Shown here: positions 33,088 through 47,925 of the stretch, piece after piece
Numbering within the stretch: the first letter of the stretch is position 1
Layout of the letters: each line of letters opens with the position of its first letter
DNA from: the human T2T-CHM13v2.0 reference genome, Homo sapiens
Assembly: GCF_009914755.1 (NCBI RefSeq)
Contig: NC_060929.1
Reading direction: 5' to 3' (one strand)
DNA length: 64,000 bases
Notes under the pieces: generated by a model
Told to the model about the DNA's origin: nothing
What the model saw: only the letters and a program-made list of their open reading frames with translations
Databases searched by the model: none
Translations under genes and position numbers: made by a program

Positions 33088-33989
33088 CAAACTGCCTCTT
33101 TTTGCTCCTAATATGTTATTAGCCCTTTACAAAATAATTAAAGAGTAAATCAGTCTTCTTTTTGTCTTCAGGGCCATGCTGCACCAAAAATTACTCTCAC
33201 AGACTCTAACTGATGGTTCACCTTGCCTTTTCTTTCCCCTCAGCCTCCCTCACACATTAAATTCTCCTCACACATTCCTTTTATCATTGTGTGCTGCAAC
33301 CTTTTTTGTCTACCATGTTTATCACATGGCTCTATTTTCATTTCACAAAAGTAGTTTTATGTAGTTGTGAAACAAAATTTTGAGAGCTTGTTTCTTAATA
33401 CTAATTAGCAACATTCTTAGCTCCTTAGTGGGAAATTAAGGGAACTTAGTACAGATGCCTGTATAATTCTATTGTACTTTTAGTTGTATTCTCTATCAAT
33501 GTGCTTTTTGTGCATTTCAACTTGGGTTGTCAGTTTTATATTGCTCCTAACTAATCTCTATACCTGAACCCTTATCTCTCTAATGCATCTTGCCAACAGT
33601 ATTATATAACAAAAAACATAGCTACATGATTACAATATAGGTGAGATCACATTATTATTTTTTTCAAGAACCCTTCAAGGCTCCTCATGTCAACTTCTTT
33701 AACAAGTATTTAAGACCTTCTATAATGTGACTATTTTTCAGCTTTAACACTCACTACAGCCTTCTGCATAGGCTATTTTAAGGCACAAAAAACTGCTTGT
33801 CTTTGCCTGCACAAGTATCTTTGACCGGCAGTCAACTTACTATTCATTCACCTTAGCCTTGACGAAGTCTAATAGCACAGCCCCTAAGCATGCTATCTCT
33901 TCTAGTAGGGAAGCCTCTTAAGGTAAATGGAAGAGATAACTCACACTGTATCACAGTAATTCTGATGAATTGGATATTCAATTATGAAT

Positions 33990-35570
33990 AGAAATACAGT
34001 GCCAAAAGCCAGTGAATATTTCAGAAAAACTAAGTGTCTGGAAAGGGGTATTAAGCAGAATAAATAATAAATAACCTATGAGGACTAATTCCTCAGAGAT
34101 TCAAGAATATATTACATTTATACAACAAGAACATGCTAGCATTAAACAAGGACAGTAGGAAAACAGAAAAGAGTTATTGGAAATTAAAAATACGATTCCC
34201 AAAAATGTGGTCAGTGGGGGAACTACTTATTAGAAAAGCTGAACAGCAGAATGGAAATAGTTGAAAATCAGGTTTGTTGCTGGGAAGCACAAATTAAGAA
34301 ACTATCCCATAATGATGATAATTTAGGAAATATTTCAGAAGAAAAAAATGGAGGAAAAACAATATTCAAAGGAATAATAGATACTTCCCCAAAGCAAAGA
34401 ATAGAATATTGGAAGAGAAAGGGCCTACCAAGTATTGAGAAGCAAAACGTACCTGCACACATCCTGTTTGTGTAACTTTTGGTTTTTAGAGTTAAAGAGA
34501 GAATCCTATAAGGTTCTAAAAAGGAGTGAGAATGAAAAAGGTTATTTACAACCCACATCCCACCCTGCCACTAAATGTCGTTGGCCTGTCACAAATAGAT
34601 AGGAGAACAATATCCACAGAATTCTGATGGACAAGGAATGGGAACTGAGTCGATGTGCATCCAAACTATCATTCAAATTTGCTAGCAAAATAAACATATT
34701 TTTAGGTATACAGAGACTTAACACATTCCATGTGTATACCCTTTCTGAAGAACATACCTAGATCTACTCCAGAAAATGTAAGATAAACTAGAAAAAGGAA
34801 TAGACCTGGGAAAATATTATTAACAAATATAAAAACAGTAGGTTAATATTCATAATATTAGTCATATCAGTTAAATTTTTTAAAAGACAAATAGTAGAGA
34901 AATAGATAAAACATCTTAACAGTTTACCAAGAAACTTTGCCTGGCCAGTAGCCTTCTACCTTCACTAATAATTGAAGAAGTGCAAATAAATTGAGACTTA
35001 TTCTTGTCTGCATAAAATTAACAAGTATTTTAGATTTTAAAAATACCCCATGTTAACTAAAGTGTAAGAAAAATGGCTGTATCAATTTATATTACCACAT
35101 AGGATTTAATTTTGGCATAGTCTATTAATTTTAAGTGATGCTCTTTAACAAAACTTTCCCATTTCTAGATGTCTATCCTACATAATTATGCAAAGGTATA
35201 TGTATATATAGGAATGTTCAAAGCAGCCCTTTTTATATTACAGAAAATTGAAAACGGTATGGGGAAAGTTTTAAATTGTAATACCACTGTACAGTGTAAT
35301 ACTACACACAGCACAAGAATGATCTAAATTTATGTGTAATTACCTGGGAAAGATAGCTATAATAAATAAAAAATGTAATTGTGTAGTGGTATTATTATGA
35401 TCCCAATTTTTTAAATGCTATATTGTGAATTTTTGAATACTCATAGAAACAAATCTGAAAGGAAGCACATCAAATTGTTAATAGATGTTAGATCTAGAGG
35501 CAGAGGAGGGTGGGAGTAGAAAGCAGACATTTATTTTATATACTTTATAATAAGCTGCGTTATTTTTATA
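33990..35570 (+). mobile_element. Ancient L1M/HAL1-like fragments
   Basis: A-rich ORF1-like segment (gagttattggaaattaaaaatacga; tccaaactatcattcaa) and L1ME-like 3' end; highly diverged. Confidence 0.55.
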
Positions 35571-36138
35571 ATCAAAGGGAAAAAATTTAGCTGTCTTACT
35601 CATCCTTCAAGATCTGTATCAAGAATACCTCCCTTAGTGGATTATTTTGACATCTTACCAGTCAGACTTGCCCTGAGCTCCCATAGCGGAATTATTTTAC
35701 TTTGATAATCCTTATATCATTTTACTTTGTACTCTTGTTCATGTGTTTTCCTTATTGTTTGTTTCTGAAAATCCTTATTTTATCTTTCTGGAAATGAACA
35801 GTTTTCTTTCTTATATATGATAAAGTTCTGTCACATAGCATAATCTGTTAATCCAGTATCCTGTTTTTGTAATACTTACAGAGAATATATAGACTATGCT
35901 AGAGGCTACTGTAATAAAATGGGTGTCTGATGTTTGTTCTCTTTATGTTCACCCTGGGATTTTTAAAGTAGTAGCTGAATGTTTTTCTGAAATAGATCCA
36001 TGTATAGGTGAAGTGAAAAATCACATGACATACAGTCAAATGTTTACGAGTCAAAATATGGGTGTCACACTGAGGGTAAGGATAAATATATGCTTTTATA
36101 TTTATATTAAATACTTTTAAATATTTTCTTTCTCTAAG

Positions 36139-36231
36139 TTTGGAATAGTTGATGCTGATGGATATTTAAGTTTGTATCAAACAAACTGGAAATGTTGTCC
36201 AGTTACTGGAAGCATGCCTAAGCCATACCTG
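36139..36231 (+). CDS. DMXL1: DMXL1 coding exon H (93 nt): FGIVDADGYLSLYQTNWKCCPVTGSMPKPYL
   Basis: ttttctttctctaAG acceptor, CTG|gtaagc donor; phase 0-0. Confidence 0.94.
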
Positions 36232-37805
36232 GTAAGCCAAGAATTTCTACCTTTAAATAAAATTTGAATTTTCATTTTAAATAAACCAAGAATACGTATT
36301 TGAGACAAGAAATATAGAACTAATAAATAAAATATAGTCCTGTGTTCTCAGTCACTTTGCTGTAAGATTCTGTCCTTGTGTTATGTGAAAATTACTCTGT
36401 GAAGCATAAAATTCCTTAGTCTCTGATAATTTGGGAAGTTGACATGTATAGAAGCAACATGATACCCCCAGATACCTATACATCTTGTGGATTACTAGAG
36501 CCCTTTTCTAACCTCACTAAACTGGTTATTATATTATGCCTAAATAGAATGATTACCAGACCAATGCGTCTGGTTATTTTTCTGCAATTATCTCTTATGA
36601 ACAAACAAAGTGAAAAGGACATCCTATAGCTGGTACTGTTATTTTCTTGTTCATCTCTTTTAATTTAGGATTATGCAGGCTTTTATGAACTTTCTGTGGC
36701 TTCATAGAATACTGAATTTATATTTCATATCTTCAGTGAAGCTCTTTATAGGACTAAGCAATTCCTATCAGAAAAAAAGTTAAGAATATAGGTTAAGATT
36801 CTGGTAATTTGCCCAAGGTTAATTGCTAGAATACAGTACTGATCTAAGTAAAAGCAAGCAAGCATGGGAGGATTGATTAGGGTACCTTGAAAGAATATTA
36901 ACTGTTTCTCATATTTTTATTAAGCTTAAAGATTTAGATGTATAAGTTTGTTCTCTAAGGGACTGTTTTTTTTAACTTTTAAAAAAATGAATTGGTTTAA
37001 ATTATGAATAACTGGCTTTTGGAGATTAAGAGGATTTTGTCTGTTTTAAGGACACATCATCTAGCCCAGCTCCAGTAGTGTTCCAGGGGAAATGGGGAGT
37101 TGGCTCAAAGGAATAATCTTTGGTGTGGTGATTTTGGGATACTTAAAAAAAATCATTTTTTATTAAAGAGAAATATGTAAAACATAATTTTGAAGCTTTT
37201 ATAAATGAAGAAACCTCATAATTAAGTGTACTGTTTGGTAGAATATTGAAAAATGCTATATGTTTTCTAATTTTGATGACTATTAGTAATTTTTTTCATG
37301 TACTTGAATTTTTAAAAGCTTAAATATTTTTGAAAAATATATGTCAATTATTTAACAAAAGTCTGGTATCATCTAAAATTCTAGTTTCTATCTTCTGAAA
37401 CAGAAATTTTCACTATGCTAGGAGAAGGTCTTTAAGTTTAACCTCATGTTTTCCTTTGAACTTTTGGTTGAACAAAAGCAAAGAGATTCATAACGGGTCA
37501 TGATATATGCAGCCTACTTAAATAGTTCAGGAAAAGTGTGTGTATGCGTGGGTGTCTACAAATATGAAAGAGAAGTAGAGGCAAAACAAATGTGCCAAAA
37601 TGTTAAAAAGTTGCTGCATCTGGGTAAAAGGTATATGAAAGTTCTCTGTATTACTTTTACAATTTTTCTAAAGTTCAAAGGAAAAAAACGATACAGAGGA
37701 TTTAAGAAAGCCAGAAACTACATGATCACTTTTCGAAGAATACATTTACCTGGTTATGACATTTTTAGTGAGAGGAGTAACACGTATTGTTTGTAACCAT
37801 TCCAG

Positions 37806-37897
37806 ACTTGGCAGTGTCATAACAAAACAGCCAATGATTTTGTCTTCGTTAGTTCCTCCTCTCTGATAGCTACAGCTGGTCTTTCAACTGACAATAG
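37806..37897 (+). CDS. DMXL1: DMXL1 coding exon I (92 nt): TWQCHNKTANDFVFVSSSSLIATAGLSTDN(R)
   Basis: attccAG acceptor, TAG|gtaaga donor; phase 0-2. Confidence 0.94.
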
Positions 37898-38456
37898 GTA
37901 AGAGATGATAGCTAAAATTGAAGTATGAGAAAGTATAGCTGAACTTTTTTTTATTGTTTCTGTCCTTGTGTTTGACTAAAGTTTACTTATGGCTTTAGAT
38001 ACAGTATTTTTATTCTAAAAACTATTATTTATTGGCCATGTTATTCCAGCCCCACCCCCAAAAGCTGTGGTTGTAAGAAAGTGTCATCTCCTGCCCCAGT
38101 ATCTGTCTGCCTCTTTTGATTTCTGTTATATAACTGAGTTCTGAGATCAAGGCCCACTGAGTTTGCTTAGCTTATATATTTATCTGTAAGGCCACACTTT
38201 GCACTAGAAACAGGATTGTAAGACTATAGATTCTTCAGCTCGTCTTCCGTAGATATTTCTTACGTATGTTGGTCCCCCCACACAGTAGAAACAAGTTTTC
38301 TTTGTGCTTAAGAAAATTCAGCATCTCTCCTGTTAATGTATGTCAGTCCAACTGTTAGAGATTCAGTGAATACAAAAAGAAGTTTCCATATTCAGACTTC
38401 ATATATTATTATTTGTAAACGCATGTTAATCTAAAGTTATTCAAATTTTTAAGCTA

Positions 38457-39065
<609 letters not shown>

Positions 39066-39236
39066 TTATATAAAAATTAGTTTCATATAAATTTGTTGGT
39101 TACTTGTATTTGTTGCTTTTATAAATTTAAGAACCTTCTGTGACAGCAAGGTTTAAAGGTCACACAGTTATATATGACATATTTTTTATTGTTAGCTTTT
39201 GTGTCACTCAGAAGTAATCTTTTTTTTTTTTTCCAG

Positions 39237-39289
39237 AAACGTATGTTTGTGGGATACTCTTGTAGCACCTGCCAATAGTTTAGTCCATG
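39237..39289 (+). CDS. DMXL1: DMXL1 coding exon J (53 nt): NVCLWDTLVAPANSLVH(A)
   Basis: Poly-T tract plus ccAG acceptor, ATG|gtaagt donor; contains the WD dipeptide; phase 2-1. Confidence 0.95.
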
Positions 39290-39787
39290 GTAAGTTTTCA
39301 AAGCATTTTATAAATTTTGAAAGTCAGGAAATTCATAAGCTAAATATTATTTATAAGTGGATTTGTTACTGATGACACATATATTTATTAACCCATGAGA
39401 TTTCTTTTGCCCAGGATGGCAGGATTTGAAAGCAAAAAGATGCAATATACGTAATTAACTCTTCACTATACCTTGATGGGGGACAGTGAGACATCGATAA
39501 TATAAAAATCATTTGTCTTTACTTTGAATCTGATAGCCACAGGTTATCGTTGTAAACATGATGTAAACTCAATATTATGTCCCCTCTTACCACTCCTATT
39601 CAACATTGCACTGGAATTCCTAGCTAATGCAGTAACACAATAATAGGAAATAAAATGTATATAAATGGAAGGGAAGAAATAAAACTGTCTTTATTCACAG
39701 AAAACATAATTTTCTATAAAATATCCCAAAGAATCTACAAAATAAATTCACAAGTATAGCAAGGTCCCAGGATACAAGGTCAATATA

Positions 39788-41112
<1,325 letters not shown>

Positions 41113-42059
41113 TACTAAATTCAGTTGCTTTTTGATGCATCAACAATGAACAATTGCAATTTGAAATTTAAAGAATATTACCATTTACAATAGCACCCAA
41201 AACAATGAAATACTGAGACATAAATCTAACAAAATATGTACAGGGTGTGTATGCACAAAACTATAAAAATGATTTAAATCAAAGAAGATCTAAATAAATG
41301 AGTGATACTCCACATTCACAGATTAGAAGACACAATATTCTTAAGATGTCAGTTCGTCTTGATTTTATAGATTCAACACAATCCTAATCAAAATTCCAGC
41401 ATGCTACTTTGCAGATATCAACAAACTGATTCTGAAGTTTATATGGGAAAGCAAAGGAATAGCCAACCAAATACTAGAGAAAAACACACTTGTGGGACTC
41501 ACATTATACTATCTGATTTCAACACTTATAAGCTACAGTAATCAAGACATTGTGGTATTAGCTTAAGAATATACATATAGATCATAGAACAGAATGGGGA
41601 GCCCACTAATAGACTCACATATATAGTAGACTTATGTTTAATATGTCACAGAGGCAATTCAGTGGAGAAACGATAGTCTTTTCAACAAATAATGCCAGAA
41701 CAATTTAATGTCAACATATAAAAAATTGAACCCAGATACAGACCTCACCTTTCATAAAAATTAACTCAAAATGGACCATAAACCTGCATGTAATATGCAA
41801 AATAATAGAACTTCTGGAATGAACTAATTGGATAGAAGTCAGAATAGTGATTGCTTTTGTTGGGGAGGAGAATTGACCATGAAGGGGCATGAAGGAACGT
41901 TCTGGGATGATGAAAATATTCTGTACCTTGATCTTAGTGATGGTTACACAGATGTATTCATTTGTCAGTGCTCATCAAGGTATATACTTAAAAAGTGTGC
42001 ATTTTCCTCTGGGAAGTTATATCTCAAAGTGCTGGTCAAAGTTCCTTCTCTGTAATTAA

Positions 42060-42300
42060 TTTTATTTCAAGTCTTACAATAATAACTAAGTGTTTAGTTT
42101 ATGCCATGGACTATACATGATCTGCATATATTAAATCCTCAGGCAACCCTATTAGGTAGGTGATAATCTCTTTTACAAATGATGAAACTGAGACTTAGGT
42201 AAGTAATTCAGCAGAAGTACACATTTAATCCCACACAGAAACCAGGATTGAAACCCAGGCAATCTAACTCCAGAATCCTCACTGTTCATTATGCAATATT
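42060..42300. mobile_element. MIR
   Basis: ttttacaaatgatgaaactgagacttagg...gattgaaacccaggcaatctaactccagaatcc core. Confidence 0.75.
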
Positions 42301-43176
42301 CTCCTTGAGCTATATGCAGATTTTTTTCCCTAAAATTTGTTAGGCTGGACTCTTTTTTAAAGAAAAATAGTATCATATTTTTATATTTCTCATACTGCTG
42401 TGTCTTCAAATTCATGAATCTTTTATTTTACAAGGCTTAATCTGCTGTTAATCCCATCCAGTTCCTTTTTTATCTTGAGCCTTGCTGTTTTTAATCTGTT
42501 AAATTTTGATTTAGGCCTTTCATGCCTCTAATTAACTTAAAATTATAATGGACTTTTAATTTCCTTACCTACTAATTCTGTCATCTCTATTATTTCTGGG
42601 TTAGTTTCAATTGATGGATTTTTCTTCTCCTTATGGGTTATATTTTCTGCTTTATCACATTCCTGTTAATTTATTATTAGATGGCAAGCATTGTGAATTT
42701 TACTTCATTAAGTGCCTATTATTTTTGTATTCTGTAAATGTTCTTGAGCTTTGCTCAGGGACAACTTACTTGGAAACAGTTGAATCTGGGGGACCTTGGT
42801 TAAACAGGACCAAAGCAGCATTTGGTCTAGGGCTGATTTTCCTCCGCTACTGAGTCAAATGCTTCTGAGTACTCCACCGAGGCTGGTACGGAACCAGTTC
42901 AACCAGGGTTCCTCTCCTGGTGCCATGGTCAGGAAACTCTAAGTAGTAAGCTAGGGCAGTTTTATGACTCACCCAGTTTGTTTCCCATCTCTCAGAGATC
43001 ATTCTTCATTACCTTATATCCAGTGTCTGAAATCATTGGTTTTTATATTTCATTTGATTTTTTAATTGTTTCAGGCAGGATTGCAAATCTGGTCTATTAT
43101 TTCACTTTAGCCAAAAGCCAGAAGTCTATTTCTTTTATTGTTAAGTGTTTTTGTTTTTTTTTTAATTTACTTTCAG

Positions 43177-43394
43177 CATTTACCTGCCATGACAGTGGAG
43201 CCACAGTTTTAGCATATGCTCCAAAACATCAGCTACTAATATCAGGTGGCAGAAAAGGTTTTACATATGTATTTGACCTTTGTCAACGACAACAGAGGCA
43301 GCTTTTCCAGAGCCATGATTCTCCTGTTAAAGCCGTTGCTGTTGATCCAACTGAAGAGTACTTTGTTACAGGATCTGCCGAAGGCAATATAAAG
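43177..43394 (+). CDS. DMXL1: DMXL1 coding exon K (218 nt): FTCHDSGATVLAYAPKHQLLISGGRKG...VTGSAEGNIK (WD40 repeats)
   Basis: tactttcAG acceptor, AAG|gtaaac donor; within ORF 42978..43430; phase 1-0. Confidence 0.96.
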
Positions 43395-44322
43395 GTAAAC
43401 ACAGTTGATGCCACAACATCTACAAAATGAAATCTTCAGAAACCTTAGCTCTTTAATCGTATTGATGACATCAATCTATTTAAATAATAGTTATATTAAT
43501 TCCTTTGTAGTCAGCAGTGCTAATTGCTATTTAATCTTTCAATGAATGGAATATTTAACTTGAAAATTTTCTATTTTTCAGTTGTTTGAAAATATGTTTA
43601 ATTCATACTAAAACACCAAATTTTCCATGAATATAAACATAATTCAGATATTAGAATTTGTCTTGACTCCATGTTCAGAGTTACATAATTTACTGAATTT
43701 AATTTCCAGGGGCTGAGAAATGTATTGATATTTTCTTTTATCCCACATTGCTCGCCAGTTTTTCATATATATTATTATCTAGTCCCTCAGTGCCTAATTC
43801 AAGAATTCTGGATAAACCTTGCCTTTAGCAGTCCTTTTCAGAGTCCATTGTGTTGAAAACTTAAGACAGGTTTTTTCAAATGTTAAGCAGCTTGTTAAAA
43901 ATGTTAAACAGCTTATTAAATATGCAAATTGCTGGGTCTCACTCCAGAAATACTCAGTTGATAAGTAAGTCCAAGACTCAGGGATCTGCATTTTAATAAC
44001 ACACCTAGTAATTTTAATGGAGGGTCTTTTGGCCCTGTTTGGTAATTGGTAAATCAGTTTAGACTAATCCCTATGTTATTTTAATGGTCAGCAACCCTAG
44101 ACTAGGGGGGTTTAGTTTCATCGAATTTATTAATTTAAGCACTTACACTTATTTAGTAGAATCAGATGGGTTTTTTAAAACCAGCAAATTGTTTTCATAA
44201 TTCTCAACCAGGAAAAGACTAGAATTATGGAATTTTTAAAAGCCTTTTTCTTAAAATCAAATATATATATACCAACAGAATTATTTTCCTTCAGTTTGAA
44301 ACTACTTTCTTATTTGGACTGA

Positions 44323-44672
<350 letters not shown>

Positions 44673-45435
44673 TAGTTTGTACTTTGATCCTGTGGTTTAT
44701 TGTTTAATCAAGGTTAAAAAAAAAAAAGAGTTGAAAATATACAATGTATTCAGAAGCCCTAATTTAACAAATTCATATGCAGGGTAGTATGAATTAATGA
44801 ATTTCTTAGAGTAAAGAAACGTTTAGAAAAATGATCTCCAATAAAACCAGGAAATAAGTAGGTTTCGCTAAACCTAAAATACATGTCCTGAAAGCATTTA
44901 CGTTCTTCCCATAAGTAAAGATGCGTATAATTTGCTTTACAGGCACATTTATTTTGATAAGGGCTGGAAATACAAAATCTTAGTAAATTAAGTATCCTGA
45001 AATTGTAATAATTGACTTTGTCTTATAGTTAAAATATAGCTTTGCCTGGTCAGAGGGCCTCTAGGTGTCAAGTACTTCCCTCTTTCTAGCTGTTCTGATC
45101 CCTGGTGAGCATTCAATAATGTAAAGAAGAGATTACCTTACTGTACACCTATACGGCAAAAGCTCTGCTGAGAGATAGGAAACGTTGATTTTAATCCCTA
45201 CAGTATTGTAAGTTTCTGTAGCATTGTACACTTAACCTCCTTGTTACCTACATTGTTTCTCTTACTCTCTTACTAGATGGATTTTTAAGTATTTTGTGTT
45301 AAAGCAATTGGTAGATTACAACACTCTATACAGAATCAAGGTGTTATGATCCTAGGCCTACACAGATTTTTCTCTATTTTTGTTTTGGAAATTCCTTACT
45401 GCACAGGAATGCAGGCCTAAAATTTTTATTTGGTT

Positions 45436-45749
45436 TCTTTTCTTTTCCTTTTTTTTTTTTTTTTTTTGAGATGGAGTTTCACTCTTGTTGCCCAGGCTGG
45501 AGCGCAATGGTGTGATCTTGGGTCACTACAAACTCCACCTCCCGGGTCGAAGCAGTTCTCCTGCCCCAGCCTCCTGAGTAGCTGGGATTACAGGCATGTG
45601 CCACCTCGCCGGGCTAGTTTTGTATTTTTAGTAGAGATGGGGTTTCTCCTTGTTGGTCAGGCTGGTCTTGAACTCCTTACCTTAGGTGGTCTGCCTGCCT
45701 TGACCTCCCAAAGTGCTGGGATTACAGGCATGAGCCACCGCACCTGGCC
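45436..45749 (-). mobile_element. AluS ending 62 nt before the last acceptor
   Basis: Antisense Alu; TSD attt(gg/ga)tttctt. Confidence 0.93.
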
Positions 45750-45811
45750 TCATTTGATTTCTTAAGGTCATCATCAACCCTAATTTTCCGTTTGTTCTTA
45801 ATATCTTTCAG

Positions 45812-46036
45812 ATTTGGAGTCTCTCTACCTTTGGTCTTCTCCATACTTTTGTCAGTGAACATGCTCGGCAGTCCATTTTTAGAAATATTGGAACTGGAGT
45901 GATGCAAATTGAGACAGGGCCTGCAAATCACATTTTCTCCTGTGGAGCTGATGGAACAATGAAAATGAGAATACTGCCAGATCAGTTTAGCCCTTTAAAT
46001 GAAGTGTTGAAAAATGATGTGAAATTTATGCTATAA
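45812..46036 (+). CDS. DMXL1: DMXL1 terminal exon, coding part: [74 protein letters not shown]
   Basis: atctttcAG acceptor at 45810-45811; 74 codons then TAA at 46034-46036. Confidence 0.96.
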   Translation: MWSLSTFGLLHTFVSEHARQSIFRNIGTGVMQIETGPANHIFSCGADGTMKMRILPDQFSPLNEVLKNDVKFML

Positions 46037-46622
46037 CATTTTTACAATAAGATGTACAATTTATTACCTATATGGAAGTGGCCAACAGATATAATATACA
46101 GTGATCATTCTCTATGCCACAAATTAGCTAATGCTTTCTTGTTTTTATATTTATTTTATGGAGCTTTGCCCTTGATGCACTGATGCCTTAAAAATTAACA
46201 AGGTCATTCAGAAGTAGATTACATTGCCTAAAGTAGAATGTGTAAGTAATGCTGTAATAATACATATCATAGTATATTATAATCAGTATGTCATAGTGTT
46301 AAAGGTGTTTTGTTTTCTTATTGATACTTTTCCACAGGCATCTCTGCATGAATTTCTTCCACAGTAAAAATACGTTTTTTGTAAAGGCAATTGTACATAA
46401 TACTCATCACTTAATTCACCACACTCTCACTTCCTTTATTAGCCTTATACATCTCAAACTCTTCTCTTAATTAATGATAGGTATTTGAGTAAGAATGAAA
46501 AAAATAATGAACATCTTCATTAAAATTGTCATTGAGACGTCAGTGATAAATGAGCTAGATGGCTCAATATGTAAGGTTTTCAGTAGTTTACCCTCCGGAA
46601 CCCAAGTTATATGTATGTATAC

Positions 46623-46646
46623 GTGTGTGTGTGTGTGTGTGTGTGT
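46623..46646 (+). repeat. (GT)12 microsatellite in 3' UTR
   Basis: Read directly from the sequence. Confidence 0.95.
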
Positions 46647-47919
46647 ATCTTACACATCTTATTTGAACTTAGTTGTATATATTAGCGAAAACTGGTTTTT
46701 CATGTGTTTTTGTGCCATAACAACTATTGCCACCAGAATAACTTTTTTTTGCAACTGTGCTTTTCATTTTTAAAAAATTTTTGAATTCCCATCCTAATTT
46801 TCAAATAAGTTTCAAGGAGACTATCAGGATTATTATTTTAAAGATTAGATTTAGTCAAATAAGTCTTAGCAGGCAATAAAGTTTCTGTGGTGGCATATAT
46901 CATGTAAGACACTTAAAGTAAGTTTGTGAATTTGTCAACTTTCGAGCATCAAACAAATATTTTACTTAAATTTTATTTTATCTTATTTTTAGGTGCTTTT
47001 AATCTCAAAATTCTGAAAAGCGAATAGCAGTGTTTTCAGAAACAAATGTGAAAGCAGTCAAATTAAGTAGATACTATTTAGAAATGTAAAATACTCTCCA
47101 GATCTACCATTAATAGAAAATAAACTAAACCTTATATTTTATTTTTGCCAAAATATTTTATTATAAAATATGACCAAAATATTTAAAATGCACAATGCTT
47201 TTAACTTAAATGTGCTAACCCTGTTTCTGTCTGTTTTGTGCTGTACCTTTTCTGATTCAGAATTATAGAAAACTTGATAAATACTTGATTTTAACCAATG
47301 AGACTACAGGCAGATGGGACTAAGTGTTTATGGGACAATTATGTACTATTTAACTTAAATATATTTTGTTTAATAGGAAATATATAATAATAGCATTTTA
47401 TGTAATAAAATATGGGCAACGATTATCTTGGAAATTAAAGAGTCAAAGCAAAGAAATGAAGGGCTGGTAAAATGAATTTTGTAATATCCTCAGGATACTT
47501 TTATCTTAAAAGTATGTTGTTAAAGATTTTGTAAATTGTATTTCAACAATTTTAAATGTGTTGAGCAAGTTGCAGTGCAAACACTGTCATTATGTAGAGA
47601 GTTTATATGCACATAATAACCTGTACCTATAAATCGTGCAATAACCATATGCGACTATTTTGCCATGGAGAAATCTGACAGCATTGCAAACAATAGTATT
47701 GTTTGATGTAGTTAACCTTAAGTTATTTTTCAGTAATTTCTTCACAAATCAAGATTCAAACAGCTTTAAACACTTCCAATGAGATAAAATATTTACTATT
47801 ATGCTTATTAGAACAAAAGGTGTTTAAGGATGAACTAAATATTTTAATTGAGCATTTATATGGATAATCATACATTATGTAAGCCCATATGTATTTACAT
47901 CCAGAGTCATAATATTTTA

Positions 47920-47925
47920 AATAAA
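47920..47925 (+). terminator. Probable main polyadenylation signal AATAAA
   Basis: AATAAA with upstream TGTA (47890) and downstream T/GT-rich sequence (47941-47970). Other AATAAA at 46875, 47119, 47404 and 48135. Confidence 0.65.
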
